A program made the translations under genes and the position numbers. The notes under the pieces were generated by a model. That model saw nothing but the letters and a program-made list of their open reading frames with translations. It was not told the DNA's origin and did no database searches. Of a stretch of 64,000 bases of DNA, positions 49,087 to 61,488 are shown in pieces (position 1 is the stretch's first letter; each line of letters starts with the position of its first letter). Source of the stretch: Dudresnaya verticillata. Taxonomy: Eukaryota. The stretch spans positions 558,001-622,000 of the forward strand of contig OZ374559.1 in NCBI GenBank assembly GCA_977862235.1, read 5' to 3'.

Positions 49087-51888
49087 CTAGCTTTTGCTAG
49101 AGTGACCCCTGATGCCTGCTTTTTTCTCTCTGTTCGAACGAGTCTTGTGTATACGAAAGGTAGCAGCACTTTTACCACCCCTTGATGAATATCTTTTGGG
49201 AGGGTTTCTAACCTTGGGATTTTCCTCAACCAGATCGCGTACACTGCTCTCGTCAGATGTATCTTGAGAAGAGCTCTCGTCAGATGTAGCATGAGAAGAG
49301 CAGTCCATAGGGTGTCCCACTTTTCGATCGGAGTCCTGGGGTGCCATGCTAGTCAAGTTTGTAGTTCTAAAATAATTCTGAACATCGAAGCTCCAAACGG
49401 CATTAGCAATTCTCGTCCCAGAATTCGCTTTCGAAACTGTATCCTTTGCTTGAACGGCACTTTGAATACTGACGTTTAGATCACAGCATAATCGGAAAAT
49501 GCTCTCCGCAGCACGCAAGGCTTCCTGATCATGGGTCACAGCTTCTGCCAGCTCTTTAAAAGAGCTCAGTAGCATTGAATATGCCATCCGCCCACCTCCA
49601 TTAACAATAGTTCCCGGAAATGTTGTGCGCTGTCCATCAGATGGAAGGCCTGCTATTATGCTATTGAGTTCCAGTTATTCCCCTCCTGCTTCCCAATATT
49701 GATGACCGCTCTCGACGATTGTTCAAAAGTTCGCAACAGTCGAGACTGTTCTTGTTCTGAATCAGAACTATCTTGGCTATTTTGAAGATGAGAAACGTGA
49801 GGGTTAACCCATCTAGAAGCGGAGCATGAGGCAATGAGAAGTTCCAAAAATGAATCATGGCCCTGCTTCTCACTTCCTTGCAGTATGTCGTGGTGAAGTC
49901 GGTCTAATTCCAGGGCTATTGAAATTCCATGGCTGCATGGTAGCTGCATGCGTTGATAATAATGACATTCACAATTGATCTGCAGTAGCGTCGAGTCGCT
50001 TTCAATATCCAATGAAAGTTTCGTGCAAGTGATGGCGTGTTGCTCCTCAGCGACATGATAAAAGAATTGCACCACTGCGTTAAGGGTAGAGGTTGTGCTT
50101 CCTGTTTGCACCGGGCTCCTCTTGAACTCCAAAAATCGGTCTACTTCTGAACCAGATACAGAAACCTTCATCCGCTGGGCACTAGACACCTCATTTTTAA
50201 GTTGCATACATGCGAATCTTGAAACCCCTAGCAACCCCAAAAGTTTTCTTATCCTTGAGTACGTCAAAATAGGACAGCCCAGAAGCGGTTGGCACCTGTA
50301 TAACAACTCTTTGCTTCTTTTTTCTTCTGAGAACTGTCGTTTGAAGAGAATGTACAATCGTGACGGCATTCCATTCAGATGTTTTGAGTTTAAAAAGGCC
50401 TTCAACAAGTCATGCCATCCTTCAGACCGCTGGGTTGTCGAGGCTCCAAGAATAAGATTATTTGGGAAATATGCAACGCACCACTGTTCTCTTTTCGCGC
50501 AGACGTGCTTCGCGAGATATTTTCTAGCCTTTTAAGTTCCACTTCCAATTGGGAGCCACTCTTCCAGCATCTTTTTCCACAGCCCTTCAAGCATCTCTGT
50601 AGTTGTGCATTGAAGGCATATGGATAATGCCTTTCTAAATCCGACCCAGAAGGAGCTCCCGTCAGTAGATACAAGTCCCTGAACCTTCTTCTTGACATTT
50701 ATATCGAACAAGTGATATACACAAAGAAGATGACGAATTTTTCTGAGCCGGGTAGGGTTCGAATAGCTACATGAATAGCCTCATCACCATCTGTAAAAAT
50801 TGCTCTAGGAAGGCTTCCGTTAAATGCCGTAGAATACTCAGCCAACAGCCAACATGAAAAGCTTCAATTGTCCCATGAAGGTTCAAAGCAAACATGACCG
50901 ACCTAGACTTTGACTCCGAGTCTACAACAATAAAAGACGATAGTCGGTAGTCATATCTTGTGAAGTTGTGCGTTGAATCCCAGAACAAAAGTTCTCCACA
51001 CCTTTCCACGAGCTCCCTGGAGCCACTGTAGGCCCAAATCGCAGTTGTTAGTATTCTTGTGCTATCATTCAGTGTTATCGATAAATATTCCACGACACCG
51101 TTTTGTTCCATCGAACGTAGGGAATTGACAAAGTCATTAGCTTCGTCTGCATCTTTTCGCAGATCCGCTACACAGTTCCGAAGCACTGATTCAGGAACTG
51201 AAATTTCCGGGAATCTCTCCTGAAGGTATGTGCTAGCTTTCATGATCGTTCCCTTTCCGCCCGGATAGATGTTCAAAAATACGGAAAGGGCATGCCGTAC
51301 TCCTTCATGGGCAAAAACATCCGCAGTTCTGCTCAGAGTAAGACGCTCAGTTCCTGACTCCTCAACCTCGTGGTTTCGATGTGCAGTCCGAACCGATTTT
51401 ACTACACGGAACATTTGATCCTTTGTGTGTTTGCGCCCTTGACGTTCAATAGTTGCAACTCTTTGCTCCACGGCTTCGTTTAAATAATCCTTGGAACACA
51501 AAGGAACGGTTGAAACAACAGCCGGGCAATCCACTTTCTTGGAAGTTCTGTTTCTCATCCCTTTAGACTCCGATTTTCTTCTACCACCGCTTCTAGAGCA
51601 ACGCGAAATCAAACGACCCATATCCTTCTTTTTGCAATTCCACTTCGTCTTTAGCCCTCTCCTCAGGTCGTTGAGCTCACAAATGCGTCGCAAAATAATA
51701 GAGTCATATGGTAAAATGACTCCTTCTTCTAAGATACAAAGCGACGCCGACGTTGGAGCAACTCGGTAGAATGGGTGCACATTTCTTCCCAAACTCACCA
51801 GTCCCCCTATACTGGATTCTTCCAGACGCCTTCCTAGTTGTTCTGATCCGCATTCTTGTACGTACTCTGAAGAAGAAGAGTCATCCAT
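49087..51888 (-). pseudogene. FAR1/MULE transposase with SWIM zinc finger, frameshifted
   Basis: CSRSG..SKKVDCPA..HRNH, LFWDSTHN, IFTDGDEAI, LCVYHL, TTQRSEGWH, CECHYYQRMQLPCSH. Confidence 0.9.
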
Positions 51889-53938
51889 GGTGCTTACCTA
51901 TGGCGTTCTCTGTATTGCACATGTATTTATAGATAAAAATGTTGTTTCGTATCGACTCATCGGCTTCAGTGATATTCTCGCCTCACATTGACTCAAAGTC
52001 GTGTAATGTAAGAGGTGTCTCAGAACTTCTCTGCAGATTAAGCAGACCTCACAAATCTAGAATGAGACTCAGCTTTACGCCATATTATGTATTTGAGCTC
52101 GTTGTGTCGTGTATGTGTGCGTTCATGAAAGTACTTTTCGACTTACGTTGCACTCGCCGGTCCGGACGTGTTTGCACAAGCATTTGATTAAATTGAGTAT
52201 GTGCGCATGTGTATTCAAATGGGAAATCTATCAATCCCTACAAACTCACCCGCATGCATTTAGAGGCAACAGAGAATTGCAGTAATATTACAGTATTGTT
52301 TCCAGCCGCTTCAAAGGTAGCGTGTACAGCAAACTATCAAAATGAACTGCAGTGCATTTGATTTGACATTTAATTGTGATAAATGGGCACTTGGCGTATT
52401 CGCAGCGGTCTGCCGTCGTTGACAGAGTATCATTTCGCCTGCAGTTATGGAATGATGCTATACCAGCCGAGAATGATTGTGCTTCTGACTGAGAAAGTTT
52501 CATGTTTGAACCATGTATGGTAATCAATCTCCATTGTTGTCAGGGAATATATCCCTTGTCAAGTACGAGCACGTAATGCATTCTACATTTCGTAATGACG
52601 TAACCAGTCTCTTTTCATCACATGCTCCCCTAAACCTCCACATCATTATTGGCTTGATAGTACGCTACAGGGATAGAACATCTCTCCCGATCTCTACGAG
52701 TCATATGTCAATTTTATCTCCGAGAAGAGTAGCTCCACAATACATAAATGTAGTATAGCAGCCAGGTTTTTTGAAGGAAGGACGGATGTTGCGTAGTCAT
52801 TGCCTTCCTTGTGAGAGAAAGAAACTCCAGTATTGGCACTTTTAACGCACAGGACGACGTACAGTTCTCTCGGACTCAGATATGCACACTGGCGGCACTG
52901 GAAAGATATCCTATGAATCAGTGAGAAGCCGAACTACTACTCATCGAGCAAGATCTGCTCCTTTGATCTGACTATAAACTAATGAGATGGTAAACGCGCG
53001 AACCTACCCAGCACAAATCGGGTAGCGTAGTGCCGACAGGTGCGCAATTTCATCGCACTGTAGTACGTCAAGTTCCCAAAAGGGCCCGCATAAAGCCTTA
53101 AACGTGCCCTCTCCAAAAGGGCTCGGATAATAGGTTATTCTGGCCGTTTCGGAACGGGCCCGGATAAGCCCTATCCGGGACCGGGCCGTTGTAGCCGTAC
53201 CCGGGGGGGTGGGCTGGGGCAATTAGGAACACTATATTCTGGTGACCCCTTCAAAATGTCTGAGGGGAACTGGGTCACAGAAGGGGGGGAAGTCTTGCGG
53301 GGACTAACATGTACCGCAAAAGTATTGTATAACTCAAGGTAGTGGGCGAATTGTAAGGGAGACATTTCTTATACTGGTGATTTACCTTTCTTGCCCACAA
53401 GAAAAGAAGGCATGGGAGATGTTATCTTCTCAAAGATTTATTTATAGGACAGAGATTCAGATACAACTTCAAGGCTTAAAATTTTAAATCATAAAATGCG
53501 ACTTTTTAGATGTCATACTATGGCTGCGGACCGTGGCACCCTGGGTGCCGCGGGTGTCAGTCAACTTATACTCAGCCAATGCTTGGCGAGTATACTCACG
53601 GATTTAGCGGGCCATGGGGCATATACTCACGATTTAATTGGTCGCCCCTCAGCCAATCATTGAAAAGTATACTCAAGGATGGAGACAGCTGCCCGCAGCG
53701 GGTGACGTAACGGTCTGTAAGCGCGCGCAGCGGCGGTGATCCGCGACGGTAATCGGCGGCGCCATCCCCACCCACCACCGCGCGCTGTTCATCCACGCCC
53801 CCCCACCCACCGCCGTGCACTGTTCATCCACCCCCTCCACCACCGCCGCGCTGGCCCCAGCTCCCCTCCCCTCACCCGCCCAATCCGCTCCCCTGTCATC
53901 CAGCACTGCCGCGGGCTGTCCCCCTCCACCACTGCACA

Positions 53939-55342
53939 ATGCCTCTTTCAGACTGGCAGTCCCTCACAACGAGGTGCGATGAATTCATTTTGCAGCTTCA
54001 GGCGGCGTGCGCCATTTCCAATGAAGAAGACAAGGCCCTTTTCAAAGCCTTCTACGACGTTATGGCGGCTGGGGAGGCTATCGACAGCCGCAACCACTTC
54101 TGGATACACTACGGCGCTGAAGATTCGTTCCTTACGACATCCATGTTCGAGATGAGCATTTGTGACCTTCGCTTGGATCCTGCTGTGTGCACTTCTAAAC
54201 CATCGTTCAGCCACCTGCTCTATGTCGAGGCCATGAAGGCCGACCTCTCCGATCCGAACTATAGTTTCCCGTCTTTCATTCTCGACCATCTGGCCGCATT
54301 ACTCAAATTCAGTACTGAGAGTGAGAGCATTGTCATGATGCCGTTTTGTCAGAACTTACACTGGGGCGTTGTTGTAATTGATGCCGACTTTGATGTCGTT
54401 GCCAGCGAAGCTGGCACAAATGTGACTGGAAAAGGCGGTGTCAACTGGGGTGACAGTTTGAATGCGTCACCGCGCCGGGGTGAGGAGCTTGCAGTATTGC
54501 ATTTCACTGTTCGTTGTCTACAGGATTGTTTCCCGCAGATGTCATGGACGCGTTCAACGCATAACTGGATTACGCATAAGGATAGTTTCAACTGCGGAAC
54601 CCAGAAGGACGGCTACAGTTGCGGGTTCTATATTCTCGCCGCTACTGTCATGTTTTGTCGAGACGAGGAGGGCCGTGGTGAGTTTCAAGGCATCGATGTG
54701 CTTCCGTACGCTCCTCTCTACCGGAAAGCTGCTACAAACGATCTCCGCAGTGCGTGTATGAGAGTCATGGCAAAACGATCAAAAGCGGCTGTGCAGAAAC
54801 TCGAGGGTCACCAGAGAAATTTGATGGAGAAGACAATCATGGGATTCATTCGGGACGAATGGAGGTATCCCAGGGCGCAGAGCCCTCTCGGGCCATCGCC
54901 GCCAGTTGTTGACGTCAATGCGTCGACTTCGTCCCCAAGGGGGGATGCTCTGCCGCAAACTGGTATTTCGGAAGATATGTACGAGGCTCGCGAGGCGCGC
55001 ACTATCGAGGAGGCGCCTACAGCCGTCACTCAAGATCCGCGGGCATCTCCGCGAGCGTCTCCGAAGCGCTATGCTTCCCCGACTCACCGTGCTTCTCCTC
55101 TAACGGACATCCGACCCCCGTCGCGGCGCACTTCTATCGATGGGCGATTCAATCGAAGCCTGGGGGGTCCTTGCTATCGCCACCGCGACGGCGACGTTCA
55201 CCTCGAGACCTTAACGGCGCGTTGCGCGCGAATGAGAACAGTCACAGATCATACCTGGATGATATCGACACCGATATCGTCGAGATGCGAAAGGCGATCA
55301 GGATGGCTCAAGCAGCAGTTCGGAGGGATCAGGCTGATATGA
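53939..55342 (+). CDS. Ulp1/C48-like cysteine protease ORF inside MULE 2
   Basis: PFCQNLHWGVVVID (His), WGDSL (Asp), TQKDGYSCGFYIL (Gln, Cys). The C-terminal part is probably out of frame. Confidence 0.8.
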   Translation: MPLSDWQSLTTRCDEFILQLQAACAISNEEDKALFKAFYDVMAAGEAIDSRNHFWIHYGAEDSFLTTSMFEMSICDLRLDPAVCTSKPSFSHLLYVEAMKADLSDPNYSFPSFILDHLAALLKFSTESESIVMMPFCQNLHWGVVVIDADFDVVASEAGTNVTGKGGVNWGDSLNASPRRGEELAVLHFTVRCLQDCFPQMSWTRSTHNWITHKDSFNCGTQKDGYSCGFYILAATVMFCRDEEGRGEFQGIDVLPYAPLYRKAATNDLRSACMRVMAKRSKAAVQKLEGHQRNLMEKTIMGFIRDEWRYPRAQSPLGPSPPVVDVNASTSSPRGDALPQTGISEDMYEAREARTIEEAPTAVTQDPRASPRASPKRYASPTHRASPLTDIRPPSRRTSIDGRFNRSLGGPCYRHRDGDVHLETLTARCARMRTVTDHTWMISTPISSRCERRSGWLKQQFGGIRLI

Positions 55343-58300
55343 AGCAAAATACGGCAGCGGACAACCCGGCCAATGGCAACGTCGCTATTTCTGGATCCTA
55401 CTCAAACGATTCTGCCGAGGCAGCGGAAAACCCGTCTACACACCCGCAAAGAAATGTTGCTCTCCAGTACCGTTCTGGAGGAGAATCTTCAGTGTTCCAC
55501 CCCCGTCCAGCGGCACAGCCCGGTCGAGGGGAGCGGCATTTCATATGCTGCGTCAGCGATTGTGCAGAGTATGCCGCTAACTTTGCTCGCAGTGGGTTTG
55601 TCTTCACAAAGAACTACGTGCGTCCCATCAAAGGGAAGGGAAAGGACCACGATTGGAAGGTCCGATTCAGGTGCCTGAGGCAAGGGACGCCTCTCTCTGG
55701 ACAGCAAAAGTGCCCTGTTTCATTTGTCTGCGACCGAAGGAAAGACGGCACTGGTTGGGACGTGTGGTCGCCGCTTCCAGACGTTAAGGCGGGACATACT
55801 CACGTCGGCGAGAGTAACACTGCTCGTTACAACTACAATCGTAAGATCGCCGAGTATCAGGGAGAAAAGCAGTTGTCAGCGCTGCTCGACAATGCTGGCG
55901 GCACATGTGCAAGTGCACTTGGGAGCAGCAGTGGCGCGAACGCCAGCGCAATTTCGCCCAGATAATCTGGCTGGACCACTACATTCAGCCCACCGGCTTC
56001 TTCAGGAATCTTTTCATCCGGTGGTCGGCGCGGCACAGTGCCCCCGACAGCCCCATCGAAGCTTCAGCCGAGTGGGCCTACTCGTTCTGAAGAACGAACC
56101 CCACCGGCGCGAACGGGAGCAACAGTTCTACTGCCTACAGCTGCCTTGCGCGACGACGACGAATGGGATAGCAACGATTCCAGTGATTACAGCGATGAAA
56201 GTGATGGCAGCAGCGTCACCAATCCCGTCAGACATGCAAATGGCAGCGGCCCCAGTGCTACCTGGTCTACTGAAAAATCAGTTCCCGAAGCTGATGATGA
56301 ACACGGGAGTGGGGAGGAAGTGGACGAGGAGGAGGTTCCGGACTTCGACTCTGTGAGTACCCCAACTGGGGACTTAAGGATGACTCTCCAGTCTTTTGTG
56401 CAACAACTGAACCCGCAGTGCAGCGGACGAGATGCCAGAACTGGAGTCCTACATGTCTGTGAGAGCTTCGGTTTGGACATGGTTGTGCACCGTTCTGAGT
56501 ACGGCAAAGGGACAGATGGAGACCAAGGGCCCCTGCTTAGATCGAAATTTGAATGCCCAGAGCATGAATGTAACTTCTACTTTCGGATATCGAGTGCACT
56601 TGTTACGGACAGCGTAGACCAGGACGGGGATGCACTTATCACCTCTAAAACTCGCAAGTACTACATCTCGTATTCCCCAGATGATCACAATCACGACCCT
56701 GAACTGTCAAACCTGCGCAAACGCCTTCCTTCATCGATCTTTAGGGAGGCTTATGAGATGCACAACAAAAGTTTTGTTGCGTTTACCGATGTCGTGCGGT
56801 TTCTGGAGCGCAAGTACGGCTTCTCATGCGATAACCGCGTTCTTCGTCGGCAACTGGCTCGCCACAACACTCACGGCCAGCCTAAAGCCGAGGCCGCACA
56901 GCGGCTAGTATACAACCTCATGAATATTCGGAATTAGGACGGGGGAGGGTACTGTCAAGTTCTACAAAGGAATGACAGTGAAGCGCTCCATGCCGTCGTT
57001 TGGTGCTTCTCAGAATGGAAGGCCGATTACTACAGATACGGGGTACTGCCTGGAGTATGCATCGACTGCAAGGCGAAAGGGAACGAGTTCATGATGAATT
57101 TGGTTACCTTCAATGGTCGCACAAACTGCGGTCGCGTCTTCACCGCCATGATGGGCTTCTTGTCTGACGAGACGACATCTAGCTTTCAATGGGTCTTCCA
57201 GAAATTTAAGGAGTGCTACGGTGTGATGCCGGCAATGGTCGCCATGGACCAGAGCGCTTCTTGCATGCTTGCCTGTCGAACGGTTTTGAGATCTTCATAC
57301 GTCACCTTGGACGAGTGGCACTTGAATCAGAACCAAAGACGAAACGTCATGGCCTATGTGCACCGTATCCGAAGGCCAAGAATGTACCACAACATGACCG
57401 CGGATCTATTTTTGCTGAGGAAGTCGTCTACTGTTCACAAGCTCCAGGAAAGGAGGACGATCTTCGAGTCCAAGTACTTCACAGCATTTCGTATGCCAAA
57501 CCCGAAGTGGTTCAACTACCTCTACTACACTGAGTCCCCAACCCTGATTGACTGCTACAACAGGCGCGCTTGTGACCCACGCTTTCTCTTCCAGGGAAGT
57601 GGGTATACCGAGGCCTCCAACTCGGAATACAGGGAAGTGGTATCAGGAAAGAAAGTCGCAATGGAGATTGTACCTTCGGTTATGCGTCGTGTCACCGCTA
57701 AGAGGAGGGAAGGAAGAGCTTCCGAGAGGGTTAAACACCGATCACCCGCCTATGCCGCTAAATTATCAACCGCTTGCGGAATTAACAGTACCAGAGCGGT
57801 GGCTTTTTGTAATAGGTATAAAAAGTATGCCCTAGACATGTTCCACAAGCAGAGCGTTGCAAAGTCCACTGAGTATACAGTGTTAGAGTCGCGGACACAG
57901 CAACGCCAGCTGAGTAATTTCCGGATGCAGCCATCTAGTTCCCCGTCCCCAACAGGTCAGCATGACGTCGCCGTATTCCGAGTGGGTTGGCGGCACACTG
58001 ACCCCATCATCCTTACCGTTACCTGGGGGCGCTGCGGGTGTAGTTGAGGATGCGGTTGAGAACGACAATGCTCATGCCGCTTCGCATTCTGCCGCACCTG
58101 ATGAGGATCCATCTCCGCATTTCTACTCCGCGTTGGTGGACATTAGCAGGAGGCTCAGTCGAGGAACGGCTGGAGGTCGAAACGACATTCAAGGCAACAC
58201 AAATACTGAGCAAGACCAGGACACGTTAGGCGGGGTTCAAAGCCAAGTGGGGGATGCTGGAGAGGTGGGGGGATGGGGGAGGTGGTGGGTAACACAGGTC

Positions 58301-59244
58301 GTAGCGAAGCGGTTGCCGCCGCAACGCTCGGGCCAGCCAACTCTCCTCCGTCAGCAAGTGCTGTGACGATGGAAGTAATGCACCCCCAGCAAGATCTCGA
58401 CGACGTTGGAGAGCTAGCATCCGCCTTGGCAACAGTTGAAGAATATCATCCCATTGTCTCCTACAACGTTTCTTATGAAGTCGTCGTCTTCCACAGCGAG
58501 GAGCTCGGTTACAGGCATTACTGTACCTGTAGGTTTTCCAACAGCGCCGGGTTCCCTTGCCCGCACATGATACGGGTAGCCGCTGTGTACGACGAAACGA
58601 GAGTGCGCAGTCCAGCCATTACTAGACTTCTGGGATCCGTCATACTGGTTGAAGCACTGTTTCACTCGTATTGGTTACTTGACGACTCCAAACGGACGCA
58701 AAGTGACATTGTAAGGGAACGCAATGCCATGCTGACGGAATGGAGGAGGAGAAACGGGATAGGAACGGAGGCAGGAGACGTTCTGGATGCCGTCCGTAAT
58801 GATATACGCGATAGGCAGATGGTTTCAGTTGTTTCGCGCGAGGTCGTGGGTGCGGATGATGCGGAGGATGAAAGCCAACGGATGCAAAGAATAGTTGAGT
58901 CGGAGGTTACACGCCAAGCGACTTGGGCAGGTGCGTCAAGTCTCTGCAACGAGATGCATCGCTTAGCTTCAAACGCCGGTGCAGATAGGGTCAGGGACTT
59001 CATGCTGTACATGCAACAAGGGTTGGATATGTTAAGGGATGGTCGGTCCCCGGGTGCTGCTCAGCAATCGCAAGCTAGACCGCCTCGGCCTCCAGCTAGT
59101 TCAAGCGGAGGAAGACCAGCTCCACAAACAGGAAACGGTCCGAGGAGTGGTGCCGTGCAGTATAGCGCCCCACGAAGACCTGGATTTCAGCCAACACTGA
59201 GTGTTGTTGAGGGAGATTGGCATACACGGGCATGGGGATGTTGA
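55171..59244 (+). pseudogene. MULE transposase with zinc-binding modules and SWIM finger, interrupted
   Basis: FRC..KCP..HTH, FECPEHEC..HNH, CIDCK, DETTSSFQWVF, AMDQS, DEWHL, YTEASN, CTCRFSNSAGFPCPH. In-frame TAG at 56935 and frameshifts. Confidence 0.85.
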
Positions 59245-59550
59245 GATGGAAGTTCGAAATCCCAACAGGGTGTCAGGCACACGAGGCCGTGGACAGAAGA
59301 GGTTAAGGTCCTCAATGGAGCCCCCTCGGCGCCGAAGGCGAGGGAATGATGGCAACGATCCAAGCTCTCAGCAGTAGTTTAGTAGCGTACAGTGAGTTGA
59401 ACAGAAATGTACAAGGTAGACTACAGCACTGCATGTTCTGTATGTCCTAACTCCTCTGCGCGGTCTTGCTGCGGTCTTGCTACTTCGAAGTAGTGCGAGA
59501 CCGAAGACGCGTCTTGAATCCAGGAGGACTCGGTCCCGGCTTGCCGTCGC

Positions 59551-60445
59551 TCATTTCACCGCCAACGTCGGTGGTCGCACGGTTTGCGGTTCGACGTCGG
59601 GCCTTGCCGCAGACGTGGAAGGAACGGTGGATTGCGTCGCAGACGCTGGAGTGTCCACCTCCATGGGAGTTACAGTAACCCCTTCTGGACCATCAGTGGT
59701 CGGCTGCAGCCAAATGTGGTGCGGCATCGGCCGGCACGGTATCGGTCGGCGCAGGTGTAGAGGTAGCAGCTGGGACTGGCACAGACGGAGCTGTATCGCT
59801 TCCCACTCGCTCAGGCGTGGAGATCGCACACGTTGCCGTCTGTGTGGGCGCGGTATTTCCAACAGAACCACGGGTAGCCATAGTGTCAGGTGCGGCAGCG
59901 GCCGGCGCAACTGGGGCAGGGACAGACCGTAGCCGTGGTGCTGTTACCGCGGGCGGAGCCGCTAGCGATGGGAAGTGCGACGACAGCACCGGGGGCAGCC
60001 TTAGATGCAAAAGACAGCAAGCTAGCAGCGAGCTCAGGCGGAGAGATCCAGTTCCCAATGCGCACTGATGGGATGGTGCTTGCAGAAGCGGTGGCAGCAG
60101 TAGGAGCGGGCGGTGGCGTCGGGGTAGTTGGTGTAGCCGCAGGAGCAGGCGCGGCAGTCGGAGCAGCTCGCGTCGGAGAGGCTGCAGGCGGTTCTCGAGT
60201 CGGAACGGGTGCAGCAGGCACTTGAGTCGGGGCGGCAGCAACAGGCGGTGGGATCGGGGCGGCAGCAACAGGCGGGGGGTCGGGGCGGCTTGCGTCGGAG
60301 GGGTTTGCGTCGCGGCGGCTTGCGTCGCGGCCGGCACAATAGCTGATGCGGCTTGAGTTGGTGCGGGCGGTGCAGTGGGCGGCAAGGGATTCCCGGCCGT
60401 GCCGGATGCTCTCCGGGAATAGTTGACGGTGAGGGAGCGCGCCAA
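59551..60445 (-). CDS. Pro/Ala/Thr-rich low-complexity ORF remnant inside MULE 2, convergent with the transposase
   Basis: ATG at 60445, inside the right TIR side. PAPT-type sequence continues across frames. No domain recognised. Confidence 0.35.
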
Positions 60446-61488
60446 TGCTTATTGTCCGTGCGACGGCTTCTTTAATCTGAACCCGCAGCGTCTTGGTTGT
60501 GCCGGCGGTCGTCGAAGGAAACCCCACGACCACGGCCGTGCCCTCGCCCACGCCCACACCATCCACCACGTGGAAGGCCGGGCGGCGTGAGCGTTGAAAA
60601 GTCGACGCCGCCCTCGGCCCCCGGCCAGCCTCGGCCGGGATTGATGCGATGATCCTGTGATCCGGATTTACCGCGAAACCGAAACACCCAACGCTCACAC
60701 CCCCCACACCCGCCCACCGCGCTCCAAGTTGATTGATTCTGACAGCGCAGCCAACCGGCATTCCCCAAGTACTCTTCCGTCGGTATCCGTGAGTATAGAA
60801 TGTGCCCATTGGTCGAAGCTTTACCCAATCGCAGCGTGAGTATATGCGCCGTGCCCCCCGTGGCCCGTTAAATCCGTGAGAATACTCACCGTTCATTGGC
60901 TGAGTATAAGTTGACTGACACCCGCGGCACCCAGGGTGCCACGGTCCAGGGCCTCATACTATTATGAATTGCAGTAAAACTTGTCCAAAAATTTTAAATC
61001 CCGGGAAAGCAAGGGATAAAGCAGTAAACTACGGATTTAGAGATTGGAAGTTGCACAAATGTATCCGAATCTATTTCGTTTGGTAAGTTCACGAAAGGAA
61101 ACTGCTTGTTCTGGAGATACTCCCCATTGCCCGAGAATAAGAATGTTGGCTCGGAACGGATGCATTGAACAAGTGTAGTAAATGTTAAATGGTTGCTTTC
61201 GATGCCCCCTCGGGCGACTGAGAGGATCATGAGCATACATACCAGGACCTGGTACAACCTCTGGACTGCCATTCCCGTGTGCCGCAGGAAGGAAAGTAAA
61301 ATGCGCGGTAGCGACACTATGATTGGGGAGATGATGGCGCGTTGAGAGGCGAAAATCTCCAAAACGCAGGGTACGGATGGCGTGGATCATGTTAGAGTAT
61401 GTGTTAGTACAGTAGTCTCGCGTTACCTGGAACTCACGCGGTGGAACGAGTTGGTCCCACTTACGAAGGGATCCCACTTGTAACCGTT

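Larger units (their letters stand above)
46935..53202 (-). mobile_element. Mutator-like element (MULE) 1, 6.3 kb, degenerate TIRs
   Basis: Imperfect ~130-bp GGGCCC-rich TIRs (46935-47070, 53070-53202). GGGGGGGT flanks both sides (46927-46934, 53203-53210). Internal MULE transposase. Confidence 0.8.
53522..60953 (+). mobile_element. Mutator-like element (MULE) 2, 7432 bp
   Basis: TIRs with a 54-bp perfect core (53528-53581 / 60894-60947), extending imperfectly to about 100 bp. Perfect 9-bp TSD TCATACTAT (53513-53521, 60954-60962). Confidence 0.95.

Noticed and set aside
60994..61477. ORF fragments between MULE 2 and the last LTR
   Set aside because: No identifiable family.
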